Shown here one piece after another: positions 55,476-64,000 of a DNA stretch of 64,000 bases. Within the stretch, counting starts at the first letter, position 1. The number at the start of each line of letters is the position of its first letter. The notes beneath the pieces were generated by a model. The model searched no databases and had not been told where the DNA came from. It worked only from the letters and a program-made list of their open reading frames with translations. A program made the position numbers and the translations under genes. The DNA is taken from the IMG/VR virus record IMGVR_UViG_3300042558_004043; one strand, 5' to 3'. The DNA comes from a virus. Lineage: Duplodnaviria; Caudoviricetes.

Positions 55476-55946
55476 ATGAAAAAAGGAAAGACCTCACAGA
55501 TTCAGGGGTTTAAAACGGCCAAAGTAGTTTATGGCACGGTAGATTCAGTTAATTTCAAGTCATTGTATTTAAACATTCAAACATGGGTCGAACCCAAGAT
55601 AAATTCTGAAAATTGGAATAGAATAGTTTTAAACTTAAGTCGGTTTATAAAACATTCGGTCTTAGATTCTTTAGACAAAACATTATTTGATAATAAATTT
55701 ATTGTTGATTTAGATTTACGTTCAAGCGGATTACAAAAAGGTAAAAAGTCATTTTTAAATTTGGAAATAAATTTTTATTTGACAGGAGATGAGGGTGATT
55801 TTAAATCAAGACGACTCAAAGAGTCACTTAAAAAAATATGCAAACAATTATTTCAGGAAAACTTCACAAACAACGAATACTTCAAGTTCCAACTTACAAA
55901 AACCAAAAAAACTAAGGTAGAGAAAATAGAAACCGACAATCTTTAA
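55476..55946 (+). CDS. conserved hypothetical protein
   Basis: YGTVD...KSLYLNIQTW...FIVDLDLRSSG. Confidence 0.7.
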   Translation: MKKGKTSQIQGFKTAKVVYGTVDSVNFKSLYLNIQTWVEPKINSENWNRIVLNLSRFIKHSVLDSLDKTLFDNKFIVDLDLRSSGLQKGKKSFLNLEINFYLTGDEGDFKSRRLKESLKKICKQLFQENFTNNEYFKFQLTKTKKTKVEKIETDNL

Positions 55947-55967
55947 TATTTATAAAGAAAATTAAAG

Positions 55968-56693
55968 ATGAATCATCAAATTATACAACCCGGTCAAATA
56001 GGTAAGGGATTACTTGTTGAACACGATGCGGGTTATATTTCACCTACGGAACAACGTAACGCCAATTTAATCCGTGAGTCTAAAGGAATGTTGGACCACT
56101 CAAAACCATTTGAGTTTTATGCGGTACTACAAAAATACAATACTCCAAATAGAAACGGTAGAATATATCCTGAAAAAGTATTAAAAAGAGAAGCCGACAA
56201 TTATAAAAAAATGATTGGTAAAGGTATTGCTTTGTCTGAATTAAATCACCCTGAGTCATCACTTGTCGATTTAGATAGAGTTTCTCATGCAATTACCGAT
56301 ATATGGTGGGAAGGTCCTGTTTTGATGGGTAAATTAAAATTACTCACTTCGCCAGGTTTTCATGAAAGAGGAATTGTTTCTACAAAAGGAGACCAAGCGG
56401 CAAATCTTTTAAGACAAGGTGTAACACTTGGTATCTCATCTCGTGGTGTGGGGTCACTTAAAAAAATTGGAGAACAAAACGAAGTACAGGACGATTTTGA
56501 ATTAATTTGTTTTGACCTTGTATGGTCACCATCAACACCTGGTGCTTATCTATTCTTGGAGCCAAATGACAGATTTAACTTTGAAGAAAACTTGGAGGAG
56601 GAGAACAAAATGAAAGCACAAAGAGTTTCAGGTGAAAGTTCAAACAAATCGCTTGACTTAATGAAAAAATTGAACGATTATTTGAAGTACTAA
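55968..56693 (+). CDS. prohead core protease (T4 gp21-like)
   Basis: NRNGRIYP, ELNHP, LGISSRGVGS, CFDLVWSPSTPGA. Confidence 0.92.
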   Translation: MNHQIIQPGQIGKGLLVEHDAGYISPTEQRNANLIRESKGMLDHSKPFEFYAVLQKYNTPNRNGRIYPEKVLKREADNYKKMIGKGIALSELNHPESSLVDLDRVSHAITDIWWEGPVLMGKLKLLTSPGFHERGIVSTKGDQAANLLRQGVTLGISSRGVGSLKKIGEQNEVQDDFELICFDLVWSPSTPGAYLFLEPNDRFNFEENLEEENKMKAQRVSGESSNKSLDLMKKLNDYLKY

Positions 56694-56704
56694 AAATAAT
56701 TAAA

Positions 56705-56914
56705 ATGGACGAAAAATATTTTGTAGCAAAAATTACAACAGACATGCCTGACCCCGAGACAGGTAAAATTAAAAAACTAAGACAAGAAAAATTAGTTAAA
56801 GGTTATTCACCAACAGATGTAGAAGCAAAAGTGACTAAAGTTTTTGAAAATTATTCTGAAGATTGGAGAATAACCGCAATTGTTGAAAGTAAAATAGATG
56901 AGGTGATAGAATAA
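56705..56914 (+). CDS. small conserved head-module protein
   Basis: KYFVAKI...LVKGYSPTDVEAKV. Confidence 0.7.
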   Translation: MDEKYFVAKITTDMPDPETGKIKKLRQEKLVKGYSPTDVEAKVTKVFENYSEDWRITAIVESKIDEVIE

Positions 56915-57042
56915 TCTATATATCAATGATTAAATTAAAGGAGGTTTTATACCTCCTTTTTTATTTTATTTTGGTTTGATTTGTCAATATAAATAAATTT
57001 TTTAAAACTCGATAATATTTATATAAAAAATTAAAACCAAAA

Positions 57043-58512
57043 ATGGCAAAAGAAAAATCAATTGTTGAAGAGGCAATCATCCAAATGAGAAATTTGGAAG
57101 AAGCGGTTGCTGAAAATGCAAAAGGAATACTTGCTTCTACTATGAAGGAAGAAATCAAAGAGCTAGTAAAGGAATCTCTATCTGAACAAGAAGAAGATGA
57201 GATTGAAATGACTGATGTAGACATGGAAGGACCTGAAATGGAAACAGACGACGAAATGGACTCTGATGAAATGGACATGGGTATGGAAATGGATACTGAT
57301 GACGAAATGGAAGATATGGAAGAACCTATCGACCTTACCGACAAGTCAGATGAAGAAGTACTTCGTGTATTTCAACTTATGGGACCTGATGATAACATTA
57401 TCGTAACAAAAGACGATGCTGGAAACATCAATATCAAAGATGAAGAAAATGAATACATGATTGTAGGTGAATCTGACGAAGAAATGGAAGAAGAATTCTA
57501 TGAGTCAGAAGAAATGGAAGAATCTATGGAAATGGAGAAATCATATTCTACTGACGAATCAATTGAAGACATCGTTTCTAAAATGTTTGATGATGAAGAA
57601 TCAGACGAAGAAGAAATGGATTCTGAAGAAGACATGGAATTTAGCGATGAATATTCAGAAGGTGACGAAATTATGTACGAAATCGAAATGTCTGACGACT
57701 CCGATGAAGAAGAGGAGGAAGAGGAAACTGAAGGTATGGTGTACGAAATTGAAACGCCTGATGAAGACGAAGAAGAGGAAGAATACAATGAATCTTTAGA
57801 AGAGTCTAAAAAGACGTTCAAAGCAAAAGGTAAGAACATGGGTAAACCAAAATTCTCATATAATAAAAATCCAAATCAAGGTGAAGGGTTTAAAGTTGTT
57901 AAAAAGAGTGCTAACAAAACTATGGGTACAGGTAACGCTAAAAAAGTTAATGTATACAAAGATAAGGAAACTCTTGATGGCGAATTCAAAATTAAACCAA
58001 AAGGCGCTAAGAAAACGGAAACAAAAGAAGCCGCACGTACATATGGTAATGGTTCTAAATCAGGTCGTGGTCTAAGAAAAGGGATTACTCCTAATAGAAA
58101 CCTAACTTTTGAAGGTGTGGATTCAAACGAGTTACAAATTCTTAGAGAGAAAAACGAAGAGTATAGAAAGGCACTTAACGTGTTCAGAAATAAATTAAAC
58201 GAGGTAGCGGTATTCAATTCAAACTTGGCATACGCAACACGTTTGTTTACTGAACATTCAACATCTAAACAAGAAAAAATTAACATCTTGAAAAGATTTG
58301 ATGGTGTTGAAACTCTTAAAGAATCGAAGAATTTGTATAAATCAATCAAGGATGAGCTTTCAACGGTACAAAGTCAACCAATGAACGAGTCAATCGAACG
58401 TAAAATTGAATCAGTTCCGGCTACAGGTTCTGCGGTTAACTTAATTGAATCAAAAACTTATGAAAATCCTCAATTCCTTAGAATGAAAGATTTAATGGCA
58501 AAATTAAAATAA
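57043..58512 (+). CDS. prohead scaffold/core protein (gp22-like)
   Basis: very acidic coiled coil directly upstream of MCP; NSNLAYATRLF...KRFD. Confidence 0.75.
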   Translation: MAKEKSIVEEAIIQMRNLEEAVAENAKGILASTMKEEIKELVKESLSEQEEDEIEMTDVDMEGPEMETDDEMDSDEMDMGMEMDTDDEMEDMEEPIDLTDKSDEEVLRVFQLMGPDDNIIVTKDDAGNINIKDEENEYMIVGESDEEMEEEFYESEEMEESMEMEKSYSTDESIEDIVSKMFDDEESDEEEMDSEEDMEFSDEYSEGDEIMYEIEMSDDSDEEEEEEETEGMVYEIETPDEDEEEEEYNESLEESKKTFKAKGKNMGKPKFSYNKNPNQGEGFKVVKKSANKTMGTGNAKKVNVYKDKETLDGEFKIKPKGAKKTETKEAARTYGNGSKSGRGLRKGITPNRNLTFEGVDSNELQILREKNEEYRKALNVFRNKLNEVAVFNSNLAYATRLFTEHSTSKQEKINILKRFDGVETLKESKNLYKSIKDELSTVQSQPMNESIERKIESVPATGSAVNLIESKTYENPQFLRMKDLMAKLK

Positions 58513-58540
58513 ACTTAAAATTAATAAAAAACCAAAAAAA

Positions 58541-60406
58541 ATGGGAGCATTATTAGAATCAGGTCTTGTTGGTAACATCGGTCTTAAGCACCTTAAAGTT
58601 ATCAAAGAAGATACTATCAACAAATGGGACAAATTAGGGTTCCTTGAAGGTCTTAAAGGCCACCTAAAAGAAAATGTAGCGCAGTTATATGAAAACCAAG
58701 CGTCACATTTGATTAACGAAGCTACTTCTGACGGTTCTTCAGGTTCATTTGAAACTGTTGTATTCCCAATCGTTAGACGTGTATTCTCTAAGTTACTTGC
58801 TAATGAAATCGTATCAGTACAAGCTATGAACTTACCAATCGGTAAGTTGTTCTACTTCGTACCAAAGATTCAGGCTTACAATGCGGGTAATCCATACTTT
58901 GACCCACAATTACCATCAAATAACTACGATGGTTCTTCAGGTGGTCACTTGAGTCCAGTTGGGTCACCAGGTGCTTATCCTGGTTCACCGACATCAGGGT
59001 ATACAACTGGTAACCAATTCCAAAAGAACCTTTATGATTTGTTTTATGAAGGTAATGAAGGTCAATTAGACCCTCCAGGTTTGTTTGACTATTCAAAAGG
59101 ACAGTGGTCTGCAGTTACTGTACCCGGTGACGTTCAAGTTTGGTCAAATGGTTCATTGGTTAACTATGGTGGCGAATTTGATGGTTTGAACGTTAGAAAA
59201 GTTATCGTTAAAATTAGCGGTTTTGCTAATGTTGGTAATGGTAAATTAATTGGACCTGATGGTAATGAATACGATTCAGAAACTTTCTTGTCTGATTTAA
59301 GAGTATTTGCAACAAATGATTTCGTTGACGCAGAAAGTCCTTGTTCAGTAGTATTTGACGATGCTGGAGACCCAAATTCATTATTGTTTAGAGTTGTGAC
59401 TCAACAATATGGTCAAGGTATCGTTAGCGGATTAAACACTCGCACTCCAGTTCCATGGCCAGCACAAGGTAACGGAGGTTCATTCAACGATATTTGTAGC
59501 CCAACAGGTGACATTTATTTGGAAGTTGACCTTTCTTGTCCTGTTTGTGCAACTTGTTCAGGTACCACTTTAGATGGTTATACAGGTACGACTATTGATA
59601 CTTTAGGTTTAACTAACTTAAGTGCAGTATTCAGACGTTATAAGAACTTAGAATTCGAAGACCAAATCGGTGAAGTTTCTTTCGACCTTGAGTCTGTAAC
59701 TGTTTCTGTAACTGAAAGAAAGTTAAGAGCTCAGTGGTCTCCAGAACTTGCTCAAGACGTTGCGGCATTCCACAACATTGACGCTGAAGCTGAATTGACG
59801 GCTTTATTGTCAGAGCAAGTAGCTGCGGAAATTGACCGTGAAATTCTTCGTGACCTTCGTAAGGGTGCCGCTTGGAACTTACGTTGGGACTACAACGGTT
59901 GGAGAAGAATTTCTCAAACTACTTCTTACACTCAGAAAGATTGGAACCAAACATTGATTACTGCAATCAACCAATTGTCAGCTCAAATCCACAAGTCAAC
60001 TCTTCGTGGTGGTGCTAACTGGATTGTTGTATCATCTGAGGTTTCTGCAATCTTTGATGACTTGGAATATTTCCACGTTTCAAATGCGTCTCCTGAGCAA
60101 GACCAATACAACATGGGTATTGAAAGAGTGGGTACTTTAGCTGGTCGTTACCAGGTTTATCGTGACCCATACTTCCCACCGAACCAAATATTGATTGGTC
60201 ACAAAGGTACATCGTTACTTGATACTGGTTACATTTACGCACCGTATGTACCACTTCAATTAACTCCAACTATGTACAATCCATTCAACTTCACACCAAT
60301 CAAAGGTATCATGACACGTTACGCGAAGAAGATGGTCAACAACCGCTTCTATGGCAGAATTACAATTGATGGTGTTCGTACATTTGATTTAAGAGAATTG
60401 AGATAA
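58541..60406 (+). CDS. major capsid protein (T4 gp23-like)
   Basis: IVSVQAMNLPIG, RKLRAQWSPELAQD, AEIDREI, YAPYVPL, GIMTRYA. Confidence 0.97.
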   Translation: MGALLESGLVGNIGLKHLKVIKEDTINKWDKLGFLEGLKGHLKENVAQLYENQASHLINEATSDGSSGSFETVVFPIVRRVFSKLLANEIVSVQAMNLPIGKLFYFVPKIQAYNAGNPYFDPQLPSNNYDGSSGGHLSPVGSPGAYPGSPTSGYTTGNQFQKNLYDLFYEGNEGQLDPPGLFDYSKGQWSAVTVPGDVQVWSNGSLVNYGGEFDGLNVRKVIVKISGFANVGNGKLIGPDGNEYDSETFLSDLRVFATNDFVDAESPCSVVFDDAGDPNSLLFRVVTQQYGQGIVSGLNTRTPVPWPAQGNGGSFNDICSPTGDIYLEVDLSCPVCATCSGTTLDGYTGTTIDTLGLTNLSAVFRRYKNLEFEDQIGEVSFDLESVTVSVTERKLRAQWSPELAQDVAAFHNIDAEAELTALLSEQVAAEIDREILRDLRKGAAWNLRWDYNGWRRISQTTSYTQKDWNQTLITAINQLSAQIHKSTLRGGANWIVVSSEVSAIFDDLEYFHVSNASPEQDQYNMGIERVGTLAGRYQVYRDPYFPPNQILIGHKGTSLLDTGYIYAPYVPLQLTPTMYNPFNFTPIKGIMTRYAKKMVNNRFYGRITIDGVRTFDLRELR

Positions 60407-60425
60407 TCAATATCTTAGTAATATT

Positions 60426-60454
60426 AAAAAGGTCAGAGAAATCTGACCTTTTTT
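60426..60454 (+). terminator. intrinsic terminator after MCP
   Basis: AAAAAGGTCAGA-GAAA-TCTGACCTTTTT. Confidence 0.88.
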
Positions 60455-60462
60455 ATTTTATA

Positions 60463-60502
60463 AAGGTGAGACTTGTATCTTAATCGTCTTCCATCTCACC
60501 TT
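60463..60502 (-). other. hairpin motif duplicated at 38212-38251
   Basis: 20-nt identity ACGATTAAGATACAAGTCTC inside different but paired outer stems. Confidence 0.7.
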
Positions 60503-60636
60503 ATTGATTAGAATTGTTTCACTCTAATCTTATTTTAATATGTAGACGAAACCTCATTATGATTCGACATAAATTAGTTTGATAGGACAGGCATCAAACT
60601 TAAACAACGATATTTATATGTAAATGTTTTTTACAT

Positions 60637-61212
60637 ATGAGGTTTTTATTTTTATTGTTTTTTCTACCATTACTAACAAATGCACAACTTAGGGATTCGG
60701 TTTATGTAACAACTTCTATTTTTAATGTAGTATATTCTGAAAAGTTACAACAACCAAAATGGGTTGAATATAGGGTGTTATGTACTGACGGTACAATATC
60801 CCGTAAAGGTCTTGATTTTTATCCTGTAAAGGGAATTGTCACCTCAACTGAGGAAGACTATGAAAATAATATATACGATAAAGGTCATTTGGCTCCGGCA
60901 GCTGACTTTAATTGTGACAAAGAAAATTTAAAACAAAGTTTCTCATATCTTAATTGTACACTACAACACGAGAAACTAAATCGAGGCACATGGAGACTTC
61001 TTGAGGCTTACGAGAGAGAACTCGCAAAAACTAACACAGTTTCAGTTGAAATCAGGATGAATTATAGTAAAAATTCAAAAATCTTACCTACGGGAGCAAC
61101 TATACCCGATTCTTTTACAAAAATTATAACTTACGGAAATAAAAAAGAAAAATATTTCTTCAAAAATGAAGAGCCGAAATCGTCTGACTACAACAATTAC
61201 AAGGTCAAATGA
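60637..61212 (+). CDS. secreted DNA/RNA non-specific endonuclease
   Basis: signal peptide; YDKGHLAPAADF, NRGTWRLLE. Confidence 0.9.
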   Translation: MRFLFLLFFLPLLTNAQLRDSVYVTTSIFNVVYSEKLQQPKWVEYRVLCTDGTISRKGLDFYPVKGIVTSTEEDYENNIYDKGHLAPAADFNCDKENLKQSFSYLNCTLQHEKLNRGTWRLLEAYERELAKTNTVSVEIRMNYSKNSKILPTGATIPDSFTKIITYGNKKEKYFFKNEEPKSSDYNNYKVK

Positions 61213-61238
61213 TAATAAACAATTAAACCAATAAAAAA

Positions 61239-63563
61239 ATGAAAAAAATCGTTTTATTACTTACACTTTGTCTATCCTTTATTCTCGGATACGGTCAATA
61301 TGACTTATCCAAGAATATTGAAAGACAAATTATTGTGGTTCCAAAAAAAGGAATGGAACTACAAGCAAAAAATCACTTTAACCAAGGTGATACAAAAGTT
61401 GTTGTCGAGTTCGACCAACTTGGGTGGTATGTTGTCCTGATTCCGAATGGTGCGAGCCAAGACGAATTTATTAATCGAAACAAAAGTTTAAGTTTCGTAC
61501 AAAATCTTTACAAGGATGAGACAAGAGAAATGAAGTTGGACTATCTTCCAAACGACGCTGAATTTGCATCTTGTTGGCATCTACGTCAGTCTACTGATAA
61601 AGATATTGATGCCGATGAAGCATGGGACTTAGTTCCGGCAAACAATCCATTTGTTAGTGTTGCAATGTTCGACGGAGGATTGGATTTAACTATTCCTGAC
61701 CTCGTTGGGAATACAAACAGTCCATTCAATGCGGTTAATAGCACAACAAATATTCCTTATGTAAACGCTGAGGACAAACACGGAACAACTTGTTCGGGAA
61801 CTATTGCGGCCGTTACAAATAATGGTATTGGTGTTAGTAGTGTTGGTAACAACAAAGTAAAGGTAATGCCGGTTAACATTATGTCCGAAGTTTTTGCTGG
61901 AGGTAGTTTCCGAACATCGGACGTAATTCAGATTAATGGTGTAAATGCTGCGATGGCTAATCCAACTTGTGTTGCAATTGCAATGTCTTATGGTGGGTCA
62001 TCATACTCTGCGGCTCTTGACGCTTCGTTTCAGGCGGCAAGAACAACCGCAAGAGGTGGAAAAGGTATGGTGGTAGTAGCATCATCAGGAAATGGAGCTT
62101 CAGGTACTGCAAATCAATATCCGGCTAATTACCCAGCTGTATGGGGAATTGGGGCAACATCACAATCAGATGTTAGAGCAAGTTTCTCTAACTTCGGTCA
62201 AATTTGTGACATATCGGCACCTGGTGTTGGTATTAGAACTACTGATAGATTGGGAGCTGCGGGTTATAACGCAGGTGACTACACTTCTATAAACGGAACC
62301 TCATTCTCTTGTCCTATTACGGCAGCCGCTGCGGCTTTTGTATTCTACAAGAATTGGGAACTTACTGACGACCAAGTACTACAGATACTAGCTCAATCGG
62401 CTGAAAAAGTAGGTGGATATGTTTACTCTAACAATCCTACTTGGCCGTTATCAACAAGAAGTAATGAACTTGGTTATGGAAGAATTAATTTAAAAGATGC
62501 GATTAATCTAACACCAAACCCAGGTGGTGTAATTCCTCCTCCACCTCCTCCGACGCTCATTCATAACTTTGTAATTAATACTTTAACTGTAAGTCCTGCG
62601 GCGGTTACAGTAGGTTCTAATATTACAATTACTGCAAATGTCGCGACACAAAATCCTACATATCCATCGGTGAATGTAATGACTCAACACAGATTATCAA
62701 CCAACACAACTTGGGGTGACTCTGATGATATTGTTATAGGAACAACAAGTGGCAATCTTGGTGGTGGAGTTGCAACTGACGTTGAGACAATAACTTATAA
62801 TGTTGGTAACATTACAGGACTCAGATATATTATAAGTAGAGTTAATTATATGGGTACTATATCTGAAACTAATACAACTGATAATACAAGACAAACAAGT
62901 TTCAATGTTACTCAACCTGTTGTATCAGGTGGTGACTTATCAGTTGCACTGACTATACCGTCAACACCAACTGCAACAATTTCACCAACACAAACTCAAA
63001 TTACTTTCCAATGGAAGGTTACAAATACAGGTACAGTTCCAATTACATCATTTACTTGGGACAGAATGTGGGTGAATATTCCTGAAGCACCTAGAACTTG
63101 GCCTATGCCTGCAAATGGAGGTTTTCCAGGTTCTTGGCAAGGTCCATTACTTCCAGGTCAATTCATTTATTTACCAGGTGGAGGATTACCTACAAACCGA
63201 TTAGGCGTGTCTTATTTATCGGCATCTGTATGTTTTAGTACAAACAGTTGTGCTCTACCACTCGGTTCAACAAACACTTTCAGAGTAAGAATTCTTACTG
63301 TAAATGGTGGTGCAGGTGATGAAAACCTTGCAAATAACCAAGTTGAATGTACGGTAACAAGACTTGCAACTGCGGTTAACAATGACGAGGTTATTGATGC
63401 ACCTGAAGTTAAATTTGTTGAAGTTAGACAGTTTAGTAATTTATATGAAAAACCAATTAGGTACGGTAGTATTGATGAAGCAATACTTGAAAAGGGACTT
63501 AATGTAATTCACATTCATTACTCTGATGGAACGGTAGAAATTAAAAAGATTTCTGTAAACTAA
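61239..63563 (+). CDS. secreted S8 subtilisin-like protease with CARDB-like Ig domains
   Basis: signal peptide; triad FDGG / HGTTCSG / GTSFSCP; ETNTTDN and DENLANN CARDB-like ends. Confidence 0.92.
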   Translation: MKKIVLLLTLCLSFILGYGQYDLSKNIERQIIVVPKKGMELQAKNHFNQGDTKVVVEFDQLGWYVVLIPNGASQDEFINRNKSLSFVQNLYKDETREMKLDYLPNDAEFASCWHLRQSTDKDIDADEAWDLVPANNPFVSVAMFDGGLDLTIPDLVGNTNSPFNAVNSTTNIPYVNAEDKHGTTCSGTIAAVTNNGIGVSSVGNNKVKVMPVNIMSEVFAGGSFRTSDVIQINGVNAAMANPTCVAIAMSYGGSSYSAALDASFQAARTTARGGKGMVVVASSGNGASGTANQYPANYPAVWGIGATSQSDVRASFSNFGQICDISAPGVGIRTTDRLGAAGYNAGDYTSINGTSFSCPITAAAAAFVFYKNWELTDDQVLQILAQSAEKVGGYVYSNNPTWPLSTRSNELGYGRINLKDAINLTPNPGGVIPPPPPPTLIHNFVINTLTVSPAAVTVGSNITITANVATQNPTYPSVNVMTQHRLSTNTTWGDSDDIVIGTTSGNLGGGVATDVETITYNVGNITGLRYIISRVNYMGTISETNTTDNTRQTSFNVTQPVVSGGDLSVALTIPSTPTATISPTQTQITFQWKVTNTGTVPITSFTWDRMWVNIPEAPRTWPMPANGGFPGSWQGPLLPGQFIYLPGGGLPTNRLGVSYLSASVCFSTNSCALPLGSTNTFRVRILTVNGGAGDENLANNQVECTVTRLATAVNNDEVIDAPEVKFVEVRQFSNLYEKPIRYGSIDEAILEKGLNVIHIHYSDGTVEIKKISVN

Positions 63564-63584
63564 AATAAAAAATAATTAAAAATT

Positions 63585-63610
63585 AAAAGGAGGCATTAGC
63601 CTCCTTTTTT
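63585..63610 (+). terminator. intrinsic terminator
   Basis: AAAAGGAGGC-ATTA-GCCTCCTTTT. Confidence 0.85.
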
Positions 63611-63644
63611 GTTTTATAGATATTTATAAAAAAACTTATTAAAT

Positions 63645-64000
63645 ATGGACCCTTTTATTTATTATTATGATTTCGAGGACTGTTTTCAACTTGACCTCTC
63701 AGGAAACCCATTAACCTATGTGGTAGGTTCAAATGAAGAATTGAGCTTAGACGCACCTTATTTAATCTACCCTATTGAAGAACCTAATAGTCGTAGTTGT
63801 GCGGTTTATATCACAGCATCAACATCAAGTGCTGCAACTCATTACACTGACGTTGCTTCAAAGTATGTTGATTGTGACTTATGTCTTTCTGCCAATACTC
63901 AAGTTGTTACGGTATCAGGTATTACAAAACCTGATTTAAGTAGTTTAAATTTGATTGCCGATAGTAGATTTAAAAAGGGAGATGTTTTAGGAGTAAACAT
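63645..64000 (+). CDS. partial CDS running off the window (not in track)
   Basis: ATG 63645 after TATTTATA 63621; open to the end; DCF and DCDLCL Cys pattern. Confidence 0.7.
   Translation, partial: MDPFIYYYDFEDCFQLDLSGNPLTYVVGSNEELSLDAPYLIYPIEEPNSRSCAVYITASTSSAATHYTDVASKYVDCDLCLSANTQVVTVSGITKPDLSSLNLIADSRFKKGDVLGVN

Noticed and set aside
1-64000. Stop-codon reassignment (genetic code 15 or 4)
   Set aside because: Conserved genes are intact under code 11; TAG and TGA end genes at sensible positions (e.g. 18611, 33583, 3195, 54448); no suppressor tRNA found.

Overview
AT-rich segment of a large (probably jumbo) lytic phage of Bacteroidota with a T4-like head module: TerL 50810, portal 52607, prohead protease 55968, scaffold 57043, major capsid 58541, and ribosomal protein bS21 on the opposite strand inside it. 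Host assignment rests on recurrent Bacteroidota TAnnTTTG promoter boxes and a T9SS sorting domain. A second motif, TATTTAT(A), precedes the structural and other putative late genes. Host-like genes include nusG, dnaK, an N-domain-less ClpC, an FKBP PPIase, a three-gene two-component cassette, an aaRS-like catalytic core, an IMPDH/GMP reductase, rmlC and a sugar-modification trio. The most striking part is the RNA-rich centre (25.8-40.2 kb). It holds tRNA-Arg, tRNA-Leu(UAA) split by a group I intron, two CAU tRNAs and a tmRNA with an atypical tag. It also holds four tRNA or tRNA-like RNAs sharing an AGTC/GACT acceptor end, a ~1 kb array of pseudoknot-rich unknown RNAs, and an ~840 nt ornate GOLLD-like RNA. 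These RNA loci start with rRNA-operon-like leaders (host-type promoter plus boxA). Two ORFs labelled + in the supplied track are actually on the minus strand (3196..3621, 21612..22118), and several starts were corrected. All family calls are by motif recognition only; no searches were run.
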